Made by a program: the position numbers and the translations under genes. From assembly GCF_009834535.1 (NCBI RefSeq), contig NC_045707.1, positions 47,618,001-47,682,000 on the forward strand: a stretch of DNA of 64,000 nucleotides. Direction: 5' to 3'. Source of the stretch: Camelus ferus (Eukaryota). This document shows, one piece after another, positions 62,083 through 64,000 of this stretch (position 1 is its first letter; every line of letters begins with the position of its first letter). Below the pieces are notes generated by a model, which searched no databases, was not told where the DNA came from, and saw nothing but the letters and a program-made list of their open reading frames with translations.

Positions 62083-62414
62083 CTAAACCACCATGAAAAC
62101 CTCCCTAAGCTCAACCATTGGTATTTTATAGAATGCTCAAATGAAGAAAGGCACTTTTGACAGCCTAATTTTGCAAATTTAAACTCATTGTGTGAAAATA
62201 ATTTAGACCAAAAAAATCCAAAATCCTCTCAGCTTCTTTCGCATTTATAAAGACCTGTTGGTGAGCTTTGACAGGCATAGTTGAGGTTGAAGAAATTGCA
62301 CACTTGTGATTGAACAGGTCATCAATGAGTTCCTCTGGGCCTGCAATTTCCAGTCAAGGGCAGTTGGCCTGCTCATGGCCACCTGCTGACGATCTGACAT
62401 AGATACGCACAAGG

Positions 62415-62635
62415 ATAATAGCTGACATTTAGAGAGCCCTTCCTAAGCATGAGATACAGTGCTAAGTTTTTTTTTATGTGTTATTTCATTTAATCCTCAC
62501 AACAACCCAATGAGATAGATATTATAGTCACCTTCCTTTTATAGAGGAGGCATTAAGGAATTTGCCAAAGTTCCACAGCTGGTCAGTGGCATAGCTGGGA
62601 TTCAAACCCAGATATCAGGATCAGAGCTTGCACTC
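62415..62635 (-). mobile_element. MIR SINE
   Basis: ttcatttaatcctcacaacaaccc...cagtggcatagctgggattcaaacccag. Confidence 0.85.
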
Positions 62636-63593
62636 ACGTTCTGTGCCTTGTACTGCCTGTGCTGCTCGCCTTCCTCAGCTACAACTTGCTGGAAAAGCTG
62701 TGATTGCCTGAACCAAGGGGAGCGAATCCATAGCCTGGCGAGCAGTCAGTGACGGGGCCTGGTAGAAACAGCTGTGTCAGAATTGGAGCAGGGGTTATTC
62801 ACTAGGCTACCAGGTTTCGTCTGTGAGTATGAACTGAGGAATATAGTAGAGGAATATAAAAGGAAGGGGCCAACACCAAAACCCCCTCGGAGAGAACTCA
62901 GGTAAACTGAGGCCATAAGGCCACAGAGGTCTAGAGAAAGTGTGAATGCACCAAAGCAATGACCAGGTAAACGTATTAAGCAGAGGTGTGAGGCAGGAAA
63001 AAGATGCAGAGTAGAGGACAAAATGGATTGTCATGGAGGAGAGAGATTATGATGTGACAGAGAGCTTCAATGAACCCTCATGGCCAGGAAGACAGAGACC
63101 ACATCCAGGGTCCTGTCCATATTCCCTGATGCCCAGGAATGTGCAACAAATGCTGGCAGGTTGAGTAGGGAAGGAAGATGTCACAGGAGGATAGCTGGGA
63201 CCTGCTGATGGCAGTACACCTGAGGGCAGTGCAAGAACTCTTGCTGCTGAGAAACAGACCCTCAGCCTCTGGAGGTGAATGACACCTCTCTCTTTAGTGA
63301 CTCCTTTTTTTCTCATGAGATTTCCTTCTCCTTTCTTGTCAAGAGTACTGTTTTGATAAAACCCCATTTCCATTTCTTAACGTTGCTTGAAGCTACTTTT
63401 TTTTTTTGACAAAAACAACTCAACAGCAAAGAACACTGTTTATGTGAAAAGATGAAACAATTTCTTTACACCTCCTTCAAATTTTCCTTTTCCTCTCATT
63501 AGGGATAGGAATAACATCCAATTCTACCCGAGACTGACAGCTTTTAAAAATCAAAGCATGTAAAGCTAAGGTTAGCCTAGATCTGTTAACATC

Positions 63594-63769
63594 TTTTTTT
63601 TTTTTAACATTTTTTATTGATTTATAATCATTTTACAATGTTGTATCAAATTCCAGTGTTCAGCACAATTTTTCAGTCATACATGGACATATACACACTC
63701 ATTGTCACATTTTTTCTGTGAGCTACCATAAGATTTTGTGTATATTTCCCTGTGCTATACAGTATGATC
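63594..63769 (-). mobile_element. Young 5'-truncated L1 3' end with poly(A) and TSD
   Basis: T-run then aacattttttattgatttataatcattttacaatgttgtatcaaattcc; ttaacatc at 63586-63593 and 63770-63777. Confidence 0.85.
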
Positions 63770-64000
63770 TTAACATCCTAAGTGTAGTAAATTTCAAATT
63801 ACCTTTCAATGGTGAAAGATGTTTTTTCTTTCTTTTGTAAAAATTCAAGATTGATCATGCATTTGCATGAGTAATCTAGATAGTGACTTTCTGTTTATTA
63901 GGATAATTTACAAAATCTACGTCACATATTCTCCTCCTCTGTCATTTATGTGCCTCAAGAATAGAGCAGAAGGCCAGTTTTACAGAAAAATTTACATCCT

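Noticed and set aside
1..64000. Remaining short ORFs in the track as host genes; naming the locus
   Set aside because: Random-looking composition, many inside repeats, no recognisable domains or consistent exon chain; I could not identify the locus from memory

Overview
Eutherian nuclear DNA, very probably from a camelid (alpaca, llama or camel), because it carries two tRNA-derived SINEs of the Vic-1 type. I recognise no host protein-coding gene; the only ORFs with recognisable protein similarity are decayed LINE ORF2 fragments. Much of the window is interspersed repeats: MIR, L2, L3/CR1, L1, MaLR/ERV LTRs, and hAT and Tigger elements. The main non-repeat landmark is a CpG island at ~19.6-20.35 kb with outward-facing splice donors on both strands, a candidate bidirectional promoter of non-coding or unidentified transcripts. 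Four observations stand out. (1) A five-unit, 12-bp-period array in that island whose units read as metal-response-element (TGCRCNC) cores and overlap an NRF1 site. (2) A ~190-nt imperfect fold-back at 51.6-51.8 kb. (3) Two L1 insertions with clear target-site duplications (TSDs) but no 3' UTR or poly(A) tail. (4) Several isolated, well-formed candidate exons. Repeat family names come from remembered consensus sequences, and boundaries are approximate unless TSDs are given. Nothing here demonstrates a new biological system; the findings are testable hypotheses.
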